Assembly (NCBI RefSeq): GCF_964355755.1
Contig: NC_092675.1
Location: forward strand, 4,459,812 to 4,523,811
DNA: 64,000 bases
From: Antedon mediterranea
Taxonomy: Eukaryota; Animalia; Echinodermata
Direction: 5' to 3'
The translations under genes were made by a program, and so were the position numbers. The notes beneath the pieces are model-generated. The model was not told where the DNA came from. It made no database searches and was given only the letters and a program-made list of their open reading frames with translations. Of this stretch, positions 51,182 through 62,268 are shown piece after piece (positions within the stretch are counted from its first letter, which is position 1; each line of letters starts with the position of its first letter).

Positions 51182-51465
51182 CAGTGCGAGTGAGTGGTCG
51201 AGCAGTTCAGACATTGAAACCGTAATTACGTAGCCATTACATTGGCAAGGGTTCGAGGCTCACTCACTCCATGGTTCTGGCGGTAGAAACAGTCCGAGTC
51301 TTCTCAGATAAGGACTCACTGTAGCTCATGTGCACTTTAAAGAACCTAGTACATCTGTCGAGACGAGTAGGGGTTACCCCGGTGTTAATAGTACACAAAT
51401 AACCATTGATCATAACTGGGCCCTCTGGGAGACCAGTCTTTGACTGAAGAGGTTACCCAGTATAA
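51182..51465 (+). mobile_element. tRNA-derived SINE with conserved central domain
   Basis: A box TGGTCGAGCAG, B box GGTTCGAGGC, then GATAAGGAC...GCACTTTAAAGAACC...GAGTAGGGG typical of marine invertebrate SINE bodies. Confidence 0.65.
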
Positions 51466-51694
51466 AGTCTGTAAAGACCAACCCATAAGTTGTAACCTAT
51501 ACAATTCAGGAAAGCCTAAAAAAAAAAGTGTTTTACAAAATGTTTTGGTCTGCTATTGTTTTGGTCTAGGCCTAGGTTAGAGACTTTCTTAAACTGTATT
51601 CACAATTTTACTACAGATCTCATTTACTTAAACACAACAACTCTGCAATGGATTAAATCATGAGGTACAGTGTGAACTAAGAAAACAAATATAC

Positions 51695-51844
51695 CTGGCT
51701 TTTGCAATCTGGTCTTAGGTAAGACATTTGTCCATTTTTTTTCCGCCTTTCTTCAGCTAGCTTCTTTGTGAGACCATGAGCTAGAACTACCGTCAATGGC
51801 ATTAGTTCTTCAGTTTCATTGGTGGCATAACCAAACATAAGACC
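51695..51844 (-). CDS. MAT: SAM synthase exon 5
   Basis: [23 protein letters not shown]...LRPDCKSQ. Confidence 0.96.
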
Positions 51845-53853
51845 CTATACAAATAGTTAAAATAATAATGGAATAACACTATCGGCGATATCTATCCTAT
51901 TCCGAAAATTAGCTCAAAACACTATAAATAGTATCTAATAAAATGCTTACCCATAACTTCTATATTGTGGTTAGGATTATAGATATATACTATGAAAGTT
52001 GTTCCCTTTCATCTTTAAAAATTATAAAGTAGTTATCCTTAAACAATTAGTCAACCATGAATTCACCAGGGAATACCTTGTGGGCACTTTAATTTGGGCT
52101 GGCTGTTAGGGCCTAGTAAATAGGTATTGTTGTGGCATCAAGTTTCAAGAACGTAGGCCTTTAAGAACGCAGGCGGTTAGAAATGCAGAATGCTAGAAAT
52201 GCAAGAAACATGTCCTTCTAGGAACGGAGACTATAGATGCTGCAACATCATTGTCAATTCATTTGAGTTGATCAGATTTTTAAATGTTGCTTGGGTATTA
52301 TTTAAACAAATGTTGAAACTGTCTGAAATCGCTTCTAGAAAGTTTTTGCCAACAAACAATGTTTACTAAATTTTATTCAAAGTATTGTACTGCATGCTGT
52401 AAATACAGTACTTCCTTGAATAGATAGTTTGATTCTATGTATGCACCAGCGAGATGTAATAAGCCGAAGGCTAGAGGGCGGACTCCAGACTGACAAGTGA
52501 TTCCAACAGGAGGGGGAACCAACAAGTTGTTCCCTCTCCATGGAGAATCACTTTTTGAACTGCGATAACATTGTTGGTTGACATCCAGCCTTCAGCTACA
52601 TAAAATCATTGGTAGGCACATATCTGCTGCCCTCTATAATATCAATACACTGAACCTCCTAAATACATGTTTGCTGCCCCCTATAGTATGCTCAATCTTT
52701 ACAGTGTATAAATATACCAATATCTTCACAAGAAAATGGTTTTATCATAGAGCTGTACAAATTCACAGCTCTGTATTCTCATAAAGACTTGTGTACAACT
52801 TTTGTGTGTGAATTTTTGAATTTAATTTTATGACGTGGTTTTATTTAAAAATTTGGACTAATTGTGAATGCCTTCATATAGATAAAAGTTTGTTCCCTAC
52901 TCAAAAAGTTTGCAATTGTAAAAAAAAAAAAATCATTGTTATTGGTTCATATTGAAAGAACCATGCTTCATTAATTTTACATTATTTAAGAATTTGGACA
53001 ATGAACCTAGCAGGTTACGCTCAGAATATGGCTATCTGAATATAGAGCTTTTAAAGTATTAAAGTTCACGGCCTTCAGCTATTGTGGAAGGTTTTTAATC
53101 TCTCTCTCTCAAGTGATTGATATTCTAATCAAGTATTGCTAAAATAAATCAGGTTATCTGAAAGATAATATGCAGTATTGTTAGAACTTGTCCTGTAGAG
53201 TAGAAGGCCTAGAGAACAATCAAACAGCAACGTCACTCAAGGCTACACCCTGAAAAAAGAAGCTTTGAAACGTTATCAAGATTCATAATATTAGATGGAA
53301 AAGATATTTATGCTGTTAGTATCCCAATATATGTATTGAAAAAAGTGGAAAGAAAATCATTAGAAATTAAAATGGTTCTCAAATGTTTAGTATGGTGAAA
53401 AATAAATTTTTGTTTTTAAAAAGTGTTATAAATAAAATCCACCCTAATTTGAGTTATTTTTAGCACAAAATGTAAAACCATAATATCTATTGTAAAAGAA
53501 TAAAATGGGAAAAATTGTAAAAAAAATATGTATATTAGAATTCTTTGTCTGTATTGGACATCTGGTGAAATATGTATTAATTAACTAAACCTGAAGATGA
53601 TATACAACTAAATGTAAATATTATGGTAATTACAATCATACTACACCTATAGCATAAGCAACATGGTTACTAAACATATGTCTGATAGCAACAATTGGCT
53701 TTTTCGTTTATTTTGTTTGCAATTCTATAAAAATAATTTAAAAAATATACTACAGTATTCTACTTTTAATATTTAGCAAGAATTAAATTCTTATCCGACC
53801 TAAAAAAAATCTACCTTTCAATAAAAATTTGACTGGCCTACTGCACTTAATTA

Positions 53854-53926
53854 CACTACGACTGGGAATCGAACCCAGGGCCTCTCGCACGTCTCGCAAG
53901 CGCTCTTGCCACTGAGCCATCGTAGT
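53854..53926 (-). tRNA. tRNA-like cloverleaf (Ala-like body, nominal GAC anticodon, atypical loop); tRNA-like gene or SINE head
   Basis: Stems ACTACGA/TCGTAGT, GCTC/GAGC, CTTGC/GCGAG and CTGGG/CCCAG; A box TGGCTCAGTGG, B box GGTTCGATTCC; T5 terminator 26 nt downstream. Confidence 0.7.
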
Positions 53927-54384
53927 GTTGTGGCAGCGGTTTCAGTCAAGTCTATGACACCCTAGCCTAACCAAAAAAAAAAACACCTAATTTATTTTAG
54001 TCCTTAATTATGCTATTTTGTGATTGCAGAACCTCTACTAAAAAAAAGTTCCATGTCAACCTAAATTATATATTTATGGACTATGAACAATTTTAATTGT
54101 TGTTCTTTATTTACTCAAATCAAACATGAATAACCAGGATGGTAATTTTATCTTTCTATTATTATTTTCAATTGGAATAAATTAACTAAATTTATATTTT
54201 AGAATTAGAAAGTTATTATATTTTATGCATAACATTTTAATATACAAATAAAATGGCCTTGATCATCCAATGAAAAAAAAAATAAACCTCCTCATAGAAT
54301 CACTTGGTATCTTGAATATCTAAGCCTATACTTATAATCATGGTTAGGCCTGCTTTTGTGCCACCACCATGCCTCTACGCCTAC

Positions 54385-54497
54385 CTGATCACCTGCACCT
54401 ATATCTTCCTCCTTCTTGTCGATGTGAACAGCAGCAGCAATCTCTGTGGCTTGCTCTTCCAATGCGACGAGTACATTACAAGTTTCGAAGTCAAAAC
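54385..54497 (-). CDS. MAT: SAM synthase exon 4
   Basis: [25 protein letters not shown]...IGAGDQ (GAGDQG signature). Confidence 0.96.
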
Positions 54498-55592
54498 CTA
54501 AAAATAAAAATCAATTTTCGATTTGATTTTCTTGTATCAAATCTTATCTCAAATTATTATATTTTGTTGAAAGTATAAAAAATATGACATCATTATTCAG
54601 AGAGAAATAAAATATACTAGGAAAATAAAGATTACTGATCAAAGGTCATACAATAATTAATAATTTTACCTGGTTGAAATATAACCTTTCATCATTCAAT
54701 CACCTCATGCCATTATTTATAGTACCATTACACTCATAAACATTAATTATTTGTATAAATTAATATTAGTATCTCTAGAATATACTAAATTAGACTTTCT
54801 TAATCAAAGATTATTATTATTCTCCTTATATTTTATTAGGGCTGTAACTGTGAAATCTACTTCCTTTATAAATATATCATCAGATTTATAGTTTTGGAAG
54901 ATGCTCAGTTATATTCATGACCAGCTATCAATTTTGTATTCAACAATTTGGGAATTAAAAAGCTGCATTTTATATAAAACCAGACTGTAAATTATCAATT
55001 AATGTTGAAATATATAGATACATTATGTTATAAGCTATGTCCTTTACCAGTAGCAATTGTACATCTTGTACAACAATTAGTATATAAATACAGTACATAG
55101 AAATTGAATGGGTTAACAGAGATAACCAATTGAATATTAAATTCAAGTCATTGTTTAATAAACATTGGTTTATGGCTACTTGTTTACTGAAAAAAAGTAG
55201 GCGTGTCCCTAAACAATAGAACTGTATTATAGTATAGTATACACACATACATTATTATAATGTGACTGTTTAAACAAAGGATGACTTTACAGTTTTAGAT
55301 CATAATATGGTAGTGTGACAGCAATGACTATGTTCAACTGTAAAGAAATAATGATATCAAGCAAACCAATAAAGTTACATTGCTGATTCAACAATGTTTA
55401 ATTATGTACCCTCACAGTCTTCCTTTCAATTAATGGAACATAATAAATGGATGTAACTTCAAATGAAAAAGATTTATTGAGTAAAATAAACAGAAATGTT
55501 GAGTGTCAAACCAGATTATACAAACGATTTCAATATTAGTAAACTATATGCACTGCAGTTTGACATTGTTTAAAGGTTGAATGGTTTATGTA

Positions 55593-55726
55593 AGCCTGTT
55601 TTCCAGTTTACATTAACATTTTTTAGTGACCCAAAACTATGTTGACATAAAGCCGGATACCTTTTTCCTGTAAAATCAAATCTGGTTAACTCAACGCAAT
55701 TTAATGTGGAATGGAAAACAGGTTCA
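55593..55726. mobile_element. Degenerate Harbinger-like MITE
   Basis: AGCCTGTTTTCCA...CATTAA / TTAATGTGGAATGGAAAACAGG inverted ends. Confidence 0.55.
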
Positions 55727-56071
55727 AAGACACACACAACTATTAAGCTTAATAATAGATGGTTAATAATAGATGGAAAATAAAATTCACCAAATTTTCC
55801 AAAAAGTTTGGCATCATTAGTATTTATATACCTACATACAATTATATAAATAAAATTGTTTTTGCCAAAATATGGCTCAAAATTCTACGATTAATACATC
55901 TGTCCTTGTTATAACCCATTACTTATTAATTTACAAACCCCTTGCTATAGTATAAACTATAAATCACTGCAACAAAAGTCCAAAGTTCATCTTCAGGGGG
56001 ATTAAATAAGGGTTTTCATTAGAGAGATTATCTCTGTGAAAACAGAGCGTTGAATTATTAGAGTTTAATAC

Positions 56072-56194
56072 CTTTTGAGGAATCATCATAGCCAATTCTT
56101 TTGATGGTATTCCTGATAACGGACTGGTAGTCGACATGTGCATTTGATGTGATCTCCCCAGCAACAAGGATCATTCCAGTCTTGGACACAGATT
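56072..56194 (-). CDS. MAT: SAM synthase exon 3
   Basis: [24 protein letters not shown]...IGYDDSSK. Confidence 0.96.
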
Positions 56195-57765
56195 CTAATC
56201 ACAAATGAAAAACAACAAAACATAAGCCTGTTATTCAATGACAAATAAAGTCTTGCTAAATGTACATAAAACATTATCCTATGTTATGGACTGGGGCTAT
56301 AAGTTAGCTGTATAACTGTATCTCTAGTAAACACTGTGCTAGCTCAACAATAGTTTAATGGTAGCAGAATGCAGATAAGATTGGTTGAGAAAAGAATATT
56401 ACTGGACATTGCATGCAAAGATTATAAAATATGTGAACATATTTCAGAATGTTAAGATATTATATGCATGAATAAGAGATCAGGTGACACCTTTTAACTA
56501 CCCTGTGTCAATGGTGCATCAGGCAACATACTGAAAGTTCGCAGGTCATTCTATTATGATGAAATTCAATAGAAAAGCAGTACAGTATATGCAGGGAGTT
56601 GTAAAAACTCCCTGGTATATGTACAGAACAATCTAGGCTAGCCAACCATCTTACATGTACATTATGGGTTGTATAGATGGGATGTATGATGGAGAATGCA
56701 TGAGCTACTGTAGTGGAACTCATATTAGTAATACTGTATGTACAGGACTACTGTACATGCAGGGGTAGTGGTTTTTATTCATTGTTACGTAACAAGCTCC
56801 TTGAATAAAAATGTATATTCGTACAGTCCCTGGTCAGATAATAGTCGGATAAAAATATATATGAGCTGTCATTCATAACAATTAATGATTTCAATTTACA
56901 CATAAAGTAAACACCTTAAGGCTAACCGAATGGCCGGTACATATAAATGTATAAATTTATTTCAATTTTCAATGTATAATGATAACTGGGGGAAATATTC
57001 AGCAACTTTTAAATACTATATAGCCTAGGTATAGTGTTTTTGTTTAATACTCTGTATGATAAAAGGCTTCCCCATCCATAATAAACACTCTGTTAATGTG
57101 TGCTCTTAGTCCACAACATTGTCATGTCATGGTAAACAAGAGCTACCAATCCTTAAAAACGATCCGTGAAAAACATTGATGAGTTGTAAAATTGATTATA
57201 ATACAGGCTAAATATATGTGGAAAATATTGCATGATTTTTTAACCTGTATACAAATGACCTCTATCACATTGTAATAACTACACTTGAATAATAATCAAT
57301 TGTAAATTCAAACACTGCAAATTAAAACCACTTTATACATCAGCATAATATTATACAAAATATAATGTACTATTATAAGTATGAATATACAACATGTTTG
57401 AATGCATTTTATGTAAAGTCCTAGGAACAATCTTTCAGCTCATGAATTTCAGAAAACAGGGTTTACAAATGATCTTCAACACACAGAGGCTTATACTTGA
57501 AATGAAATGGGTGAAAATTGTGGGCTGCTGTGCAGATCCATTTATTTAGGGGGGGGGGGGGGGTCGTAGTTTCCAAGCTCTGTTTTCCAGATCTGCACCA
57601 GTAGATGAGTGATATTGTTAGGTGGTTACACATTAACTATATAACAACCAAGCATCGTTTAGAAAATTACCTGTGATGTAGCCTACGCACATCAATGATA
57701 CAGCCTATACTACGTACAAATAAAGCAGATAGGCTGAGCTGATTTATAGTATTTTCTATACTTAC

Positions 57766-57843
57766 CACAAGCCACCTTAGCATATGGATCCTGTTTAAGA
57801 TGGGCATCCAACACGGCATCACTTACTTGATCACATATTTTAT
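57766..57843 (-). CDS. MAT: SAM synthase exon 2
   Basis: [26 protein letters not shown]. Confidence 0.96.
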
Positions 57844-60540
57844 CTATAAGGAGAAGATTAAACACATTTAATATAAGCAACAAGTAGTTTGAGAAAATTG
57901 TTTGCCAGAATATACAAGATTTTCACTAATCGTAATCGGGTGTGAGCAGAAGACCCAAATTTAATAATAAATAACAGCAATTAAAAATTAATACTGACAA
58001 TTTTATTGAAGAATTCAAATATTTATGAGATGACCCCAACAAACAAGAGTTTAATTAAAAAATTTAAAATGTTCAATGTTTAAGACATGCTCTCTGTTCT
58101 TATGCAACTAAATAGCCATATACTACAATAAAGCCTCTCTCAGTCTCATAGAAATAATTATTTCATTTTTTTTACTAAACTGTTATTATTTTAATAAATA
58201 ATTATGAGATCCAACTGTAAATAATTAAAAAAGTAGTAAATAAAGATACTAAATCTGACCATAAAGTACATCTATAACAAAATCACTGACACCAAGGTTA
58301 TTTACAGTATTATACAGTTGGTTCTTTAAACTAAATTCTGATTGTTTAAGTTTGAATAGAATTTATATACACTTGCACAAATTCCTTGGATTTACTGAAG
58401 GTTAAACAAAATTTAAAATCACAATAGATTCAAGACAATAGTTTAAAGAATTAGGTGTGGTTTGGTCTACTTGTACATCACATTGAAAATGCAATGTGTT
58501 TTAGATTTTGAAATAAATTGAAAAATCTAGATATTTTATACTGTAGCTTATTAAAAAATTCCCAGGGAACTCCTCCTTTCAGCCCACACTATGCAAGCAA
58601 AAATCAACCAGTGTGAACTGGAATAGGCTGGTTATATAATAACATCAGATGTTTTGTACGCCAATTGCATATGGGAATTTCAACAGGCAGAGACTGAGGG
58701 CCATAATAATGTCATATAATTCAATTACAAAGCAGAAATTTAACACTCAACAGATGTGTTATAAATGTGTATTTATCGATAATGTACAGTACTGTATTTC
58801 AATGCTCAATGTTAATAATGTCAAATTGTATTTTATTCCCTAATTCAGGTTGGTTTCTCCTCTAACATATTCATCACTATTTCAGTGCATTGTTTGTGAA
58901 ATAATCAAGCTATCAATAAATGCTGTACACACTCTCTTAACTATTCAGAGAGATTAACGTCATAAAATATTCCTAATGTATTTTTGAAGATAGACAATTT
59001 GGAGAGGATACACCACTGATTAATAATAATAGAAATATCCAAATAATAGTCTAGTTTTTGAATAGCAGCTTAGCTACTGTAAATAGCAGGCAAAGGAATT
59101 ATTATACAGTAAACCTTGTAAACAACCTAGATACAAAATCAGAATAGATTAATCAAACAATGCAATTTAAATCAAACAGTGTCACAATGAAAGAACACAC
59201 CATTTAATATATTTCATCAAGTTAGATTAACTTTAACATTACAATATTTCAAACGTTCATAACGATTTCAATTTTGTTTGAATGAATGTGCAGGCAGTAC
59301 ATTTATAACAAACCATTTCCAACATTTAGTGAATCTGCCTGGAGGTGTCTAGAAAACTGATAGATCCCAGATATTTTTAAAATCCCTCTGATAATAATGG
59401 AACGATCCAAATAATGGTCCGACTTTTTGAATAGCAGCATCTTGAAATTTCTAGATCTATAAAATTCAATTTGATATCTTGCATTTTCTAGATCAGATTT
59501 AGAACACTATCTGAGATCTGAGTTTTCCAGGCACTGACACTAAAAGCTGAGGTTATTACACAGACTATAGGCCTAACACAAATTGTAAAAATTATTACAG
59601 TGTAAAAGGTTAATAAGTTCAGCAATTCATTTCACAATTATTTATCCCGCCTTTATTTCATCATCATGCATATGTTCGCTGATCACATAATTCTTCACCT
59701 ACATGCAAAGTAGACCAATCAGCTAACAATCACATGGTTATTCCATTTAAATGCCAGGGAATGGAAAATTACACACATGTTTGAACTTGAAATAGGTTCC
59801 TAATTGATGCGTCTAGCCACAAAGAAGGACCATGCATGTTCTAGATAATATATATCTGACCTAGGTAAAAATAACTAACAAAAATCATATTTTTTTGCAA
59901 TATTGATTAATAAATTTCATTCAAAATTATTGTTATTTTGACTCATTTTAACCATCAAATCCATTATCATTGGAAATATTATTTTGGTACAGTAAATCAC
60001 ATGATTAATAAATGGAATTAAATTGCTATTAAAAAACAATAGTGTGGTTTTAAAATTGTCAAATATTGTATATTTTCTTAAGCTGCCAAATATTTGACCT
60101 GGTGCATTTAATCTACCCCTACAGTAGCTAGTATTACTATTACAGTAGGTAGTGGCATTATATATAATATTAAATCTACTACAACTTTGCACCTAAGTCT
60201 ACCTAAAATCAGACTAGGGTAGCTTCCATCAGCCATTTACTAGCATTAGAGGATAACGCTAACAACAAGTCTCAGGGGCGGTTTGAAGGGGGTCCAACTA
60301 AATTTTGGAAATAAACAAAATATGATTAAAAATGCTATTCATATCACAAACATGTGTTTACCGGCGTAAAAAATAGTAATAATAATACTCGGTGTGCTTT
60401 TTATGCCCTGGGCCCCTCTATACTATTTCAGAATCCTTGATCCGTCCAGGATCGAGGAGTCTACAGTAAGCTGGGCCGTACACACCTCTTCTATTATTAG
60501 GCTATATTTAGCCTTCATTTTATCTTAGCTATAATGAGTG

Positions 60541-61079
60541 TATATATTATGCGCGATTTGAACGATTTGCGCAATTTGAAATTGCGCAAAAAAATTCTTG
60601 CGCAATTTGAAATTGCGCAAAGAATTCTTGCGCAATTTAAAATTGCGCAAGGATTTTGTTTTTAATATTAGTTTAAGCTAGGCCATGTAACCTAGTCAGT
60701 ATCAGTAGTTCAGACCCTAGCTAGGCTAGAGTAGTATAGCCGGCCGCCCGCACCGCGCCCGCCTGGTGGAACACCACCGCTTCGTTTTCCTTCGTCGGTT
60801 CTTCGACGGTATGCTAACTTATAACAATATTTGCACTACTAAAATAAGGAAATGCGATATTTATCTTTAATTTTGAATCATTCTTAGAAATTACTATAAA
60901 AATATGGGTGTGCATGATTTCACAATCTGTCGGAAAACCTTGCGCAATTTGCAGATTACTTGCCCAATTTAATACGTTGCTTGCGCAATTTGAGACACAT
61001 GTTTCAATTCAAATTGCGCAGGGATTTTTTTTGCGCAATTTCAAATTGCGCAAATCATTCAAATCGCGCATGACATATA
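60541..61079. mobile_element. MITE with long TIRs and TTGCGCAA arrays, MAT intron 1
   Basis: ~65-bp TIR ATGCGCGATTTGAACGATTTGCGCAATTTGAAATTGCGCAAAAAAA mirrored at the right end; GC-rich core. Confidence 0.85.
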
Positions 61080-61428
61080 TAATCACTAGGCCTAGTATAT
61101 GCCAACTGTCTGTATCTCTATATTACTACTAATAACCAGCAGCCACAGCCAGTCAGTGTGCCACCAGGGAGGGTAGGTAGGGAGTTGTTATTTTCATTTT
61201 ATAATCAACCAAAACAAAGCAACTAGCTATCTAGAACTATGCTAGGTTATGGTTATATTATTATATTACAGAAGATTTTAGAACTGTTCACAAATGTCAG
61301 CTCCTAGCCTTGTTCTAGCCTATTGTTGTGAAAGTATCCAGCTCAACCACAACCACGTGCTGAGCCTGAGCCTAAAATTATTGGAAGTTGAAGAACGCTT
61401 TCTCATCAAACAATAATAATGCACTTAC

Positions 61429-61519
61429 CTGGATGGCCTTCTCCTACTGATTCTGATGTAAAAAGAAACGTGTCAGACTCTGAAGAATCTCCATTACCAT
61501 TTGTAAAATTTTGAGACAT
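61429..61519 (-). CDS. MAT: SAM synthase exon 1
   Basis: MSQNFTNGNGDSSESDTFLFTSESVGEGHP, gtaagt donor. Confidence 0.96.
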
Positions 61520-61599
61520 TGTTTATTATTTATATTGTTTTATTGAATATTATGTGTAAAGTTAAAGGCACTACTGAGAAATCTCACATCTATCGCACG

Positions 61600-62040
61600 C
61601 CTAGGCCACCACTCTGAGCTAGCTGGAACTACTAACGAACCACCAATCGATGAAGCTTATAAATTGATCGCGATGCTGCAGCGGCGGTGGTCACTCCTCT
61701 TTTTCTTGGCTCATTTCCTATGCAAAAACAGAGCGTTTGCTTCGCGACGTGATTGGCTGGATTTATAAGCATAAAAGATTGTCTTTCAATACAAATTTTT
61801 ACGCCACGTTGTTTAATCTTTTCACAATAAATTAAGGATTATTTGGGTAGGCCTATTATATAAATAGAAAGACATAACATCATATAAAAGACATGTCACA
61901 TCAAACATTTATGTATAAAAAAACCATACACTTGCTAAAAAACGCGCGTAAAAAGTGAGAGGGAGGCGGCGCGGGCGGCGCAGTGTGTGTGACGTGTATG
62001 AACTAGGAGAGGGGCCGGGATTGAAATAAAATCTTTCAGT
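61600..62040. promoter_or_regulatory. MAT promoter / probable bidirectional CpG-rich region
   Basis: CpG-dense patches; CCAAT boxes (61643, 61752 minus); GC boxes 61960-61980; TGACGT near 61990. Confidence 0.6.
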
Positions 62041-62236
62041 TATTTTTTCTTCTTAAATATATTATTTTAGCTCCTTCCAATCACTAGACCAAGTCTTTTC
62101 TCTAATTATTTACAAAGAAAATTACTTGGATTACAAATTTCTAGGTCCTACATCTTTTTTTTTATAATAATATTAATAATCAAGATAAAAATTGAACAAA
62201 CTAGAAGTTTATTTGGCAACCACAATACAATCCAAA

Positions 62237-62268
62237 ATGGCTGCGCCCAAGAAGGGAAGTGGTGATGG
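62237..62268 (+). CDS. Possible first coding exon of a divergent gene (MAAPKKGSGD...)
   Basis: CAAAATGGCTGCGCCC start/YY1 context, followed by T-rich and TAGGCCTA-rich intron-like sequence; donor position uncertain. Confidence 0.4.

Noticed and set aside
57549-57563. Poly-G run as a functional G-quadruplex
   Set aside because: Sits inside a small degenerate GCAGATC…GATCTGC inverted-repeat remnant; homopolymer length is unreliable
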